DNA of 63,072 bases, the filler included, from Octopus bimaculoides (taxonomy: Eukaryota): the NCBI RefSeq assembly GCF_001194135.2. It is 3 parts of 3 records of this genome, joined end to end, with 100 filler letters (N's around TTAATTAATTAA, not from the genome) between each part and the next. Parts side by side here need not be neighbours in the genome. Positions count along the whole stretch, not along the records: positions 51,330 to 63,072 come from NC_068992.1; 2 more parts are not named here. One strand, 5' to 3'. This document shows, in pieces, positions 63,033 through 63,072 of this stretch. Made by a program: the position numbers and the translations under genes. Below the pieces are notes generated by a model, which worked only from the letters and a program-made list of their open reading frames with translations, was not told the DNA's origin and searched no databases. Every line of letters starts with the position of its first letter. Within the stretch, counting starts at the first letter, position 1.

Positions 63033-63072
63033 GTATTTATATTTTATACATATATATGAGTGTGAGTGTCCA

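Overview
Repeat-saturated, AT-rich eukaryotic genomic DNA. It is probably octopus or another coleoid cephalopod; this is inferred from the tRNA-derived SINE families, the very high microsatellite density and the TE content, and was not verified by search. The ORF track is almost all noise from N-gaps, microsatellites and TE remnants. By reading splice signals I reconstruct part of one minus-strand gene that the ORF track hides. Its exons are 14115-13969 (ending ATG-G), 6734-6553 and 486-352, and they give a signal-peptide protein (MEVPYKLVFIILASFCLHLTKS-APVETG...) that continues beyond the window start. Two weaker plus-strand exon candidates lie at 42117-42182 and 54969-55118. The rest is transposon debris: about 20 copies of one SINE family; a set of SINEs with shuffled head and tail modules; four Penelope-like elements, one internally rearranged; two hammerhead-ribozyme-like motifs, one behind a tRNA head; CR1/L2-type, RTE and REL-endonuclease LINE fragments; a 1.26-kb Helitron splitting a LINE; Tc1, mariner, maT-like and Merlin-like transposase relics; and several MITEs, one with internal TTAGGG repeats. 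Two 100-bp N44-TTAATTAATTAA-N44 spacers are artificial scaffold joins, so contiguity across 28.9 kb and 51.3 kb is not guaranteed. No CRISPR array, rRNA or intact tRNA was seen. No novel system is proven; the best leads are in the findings.
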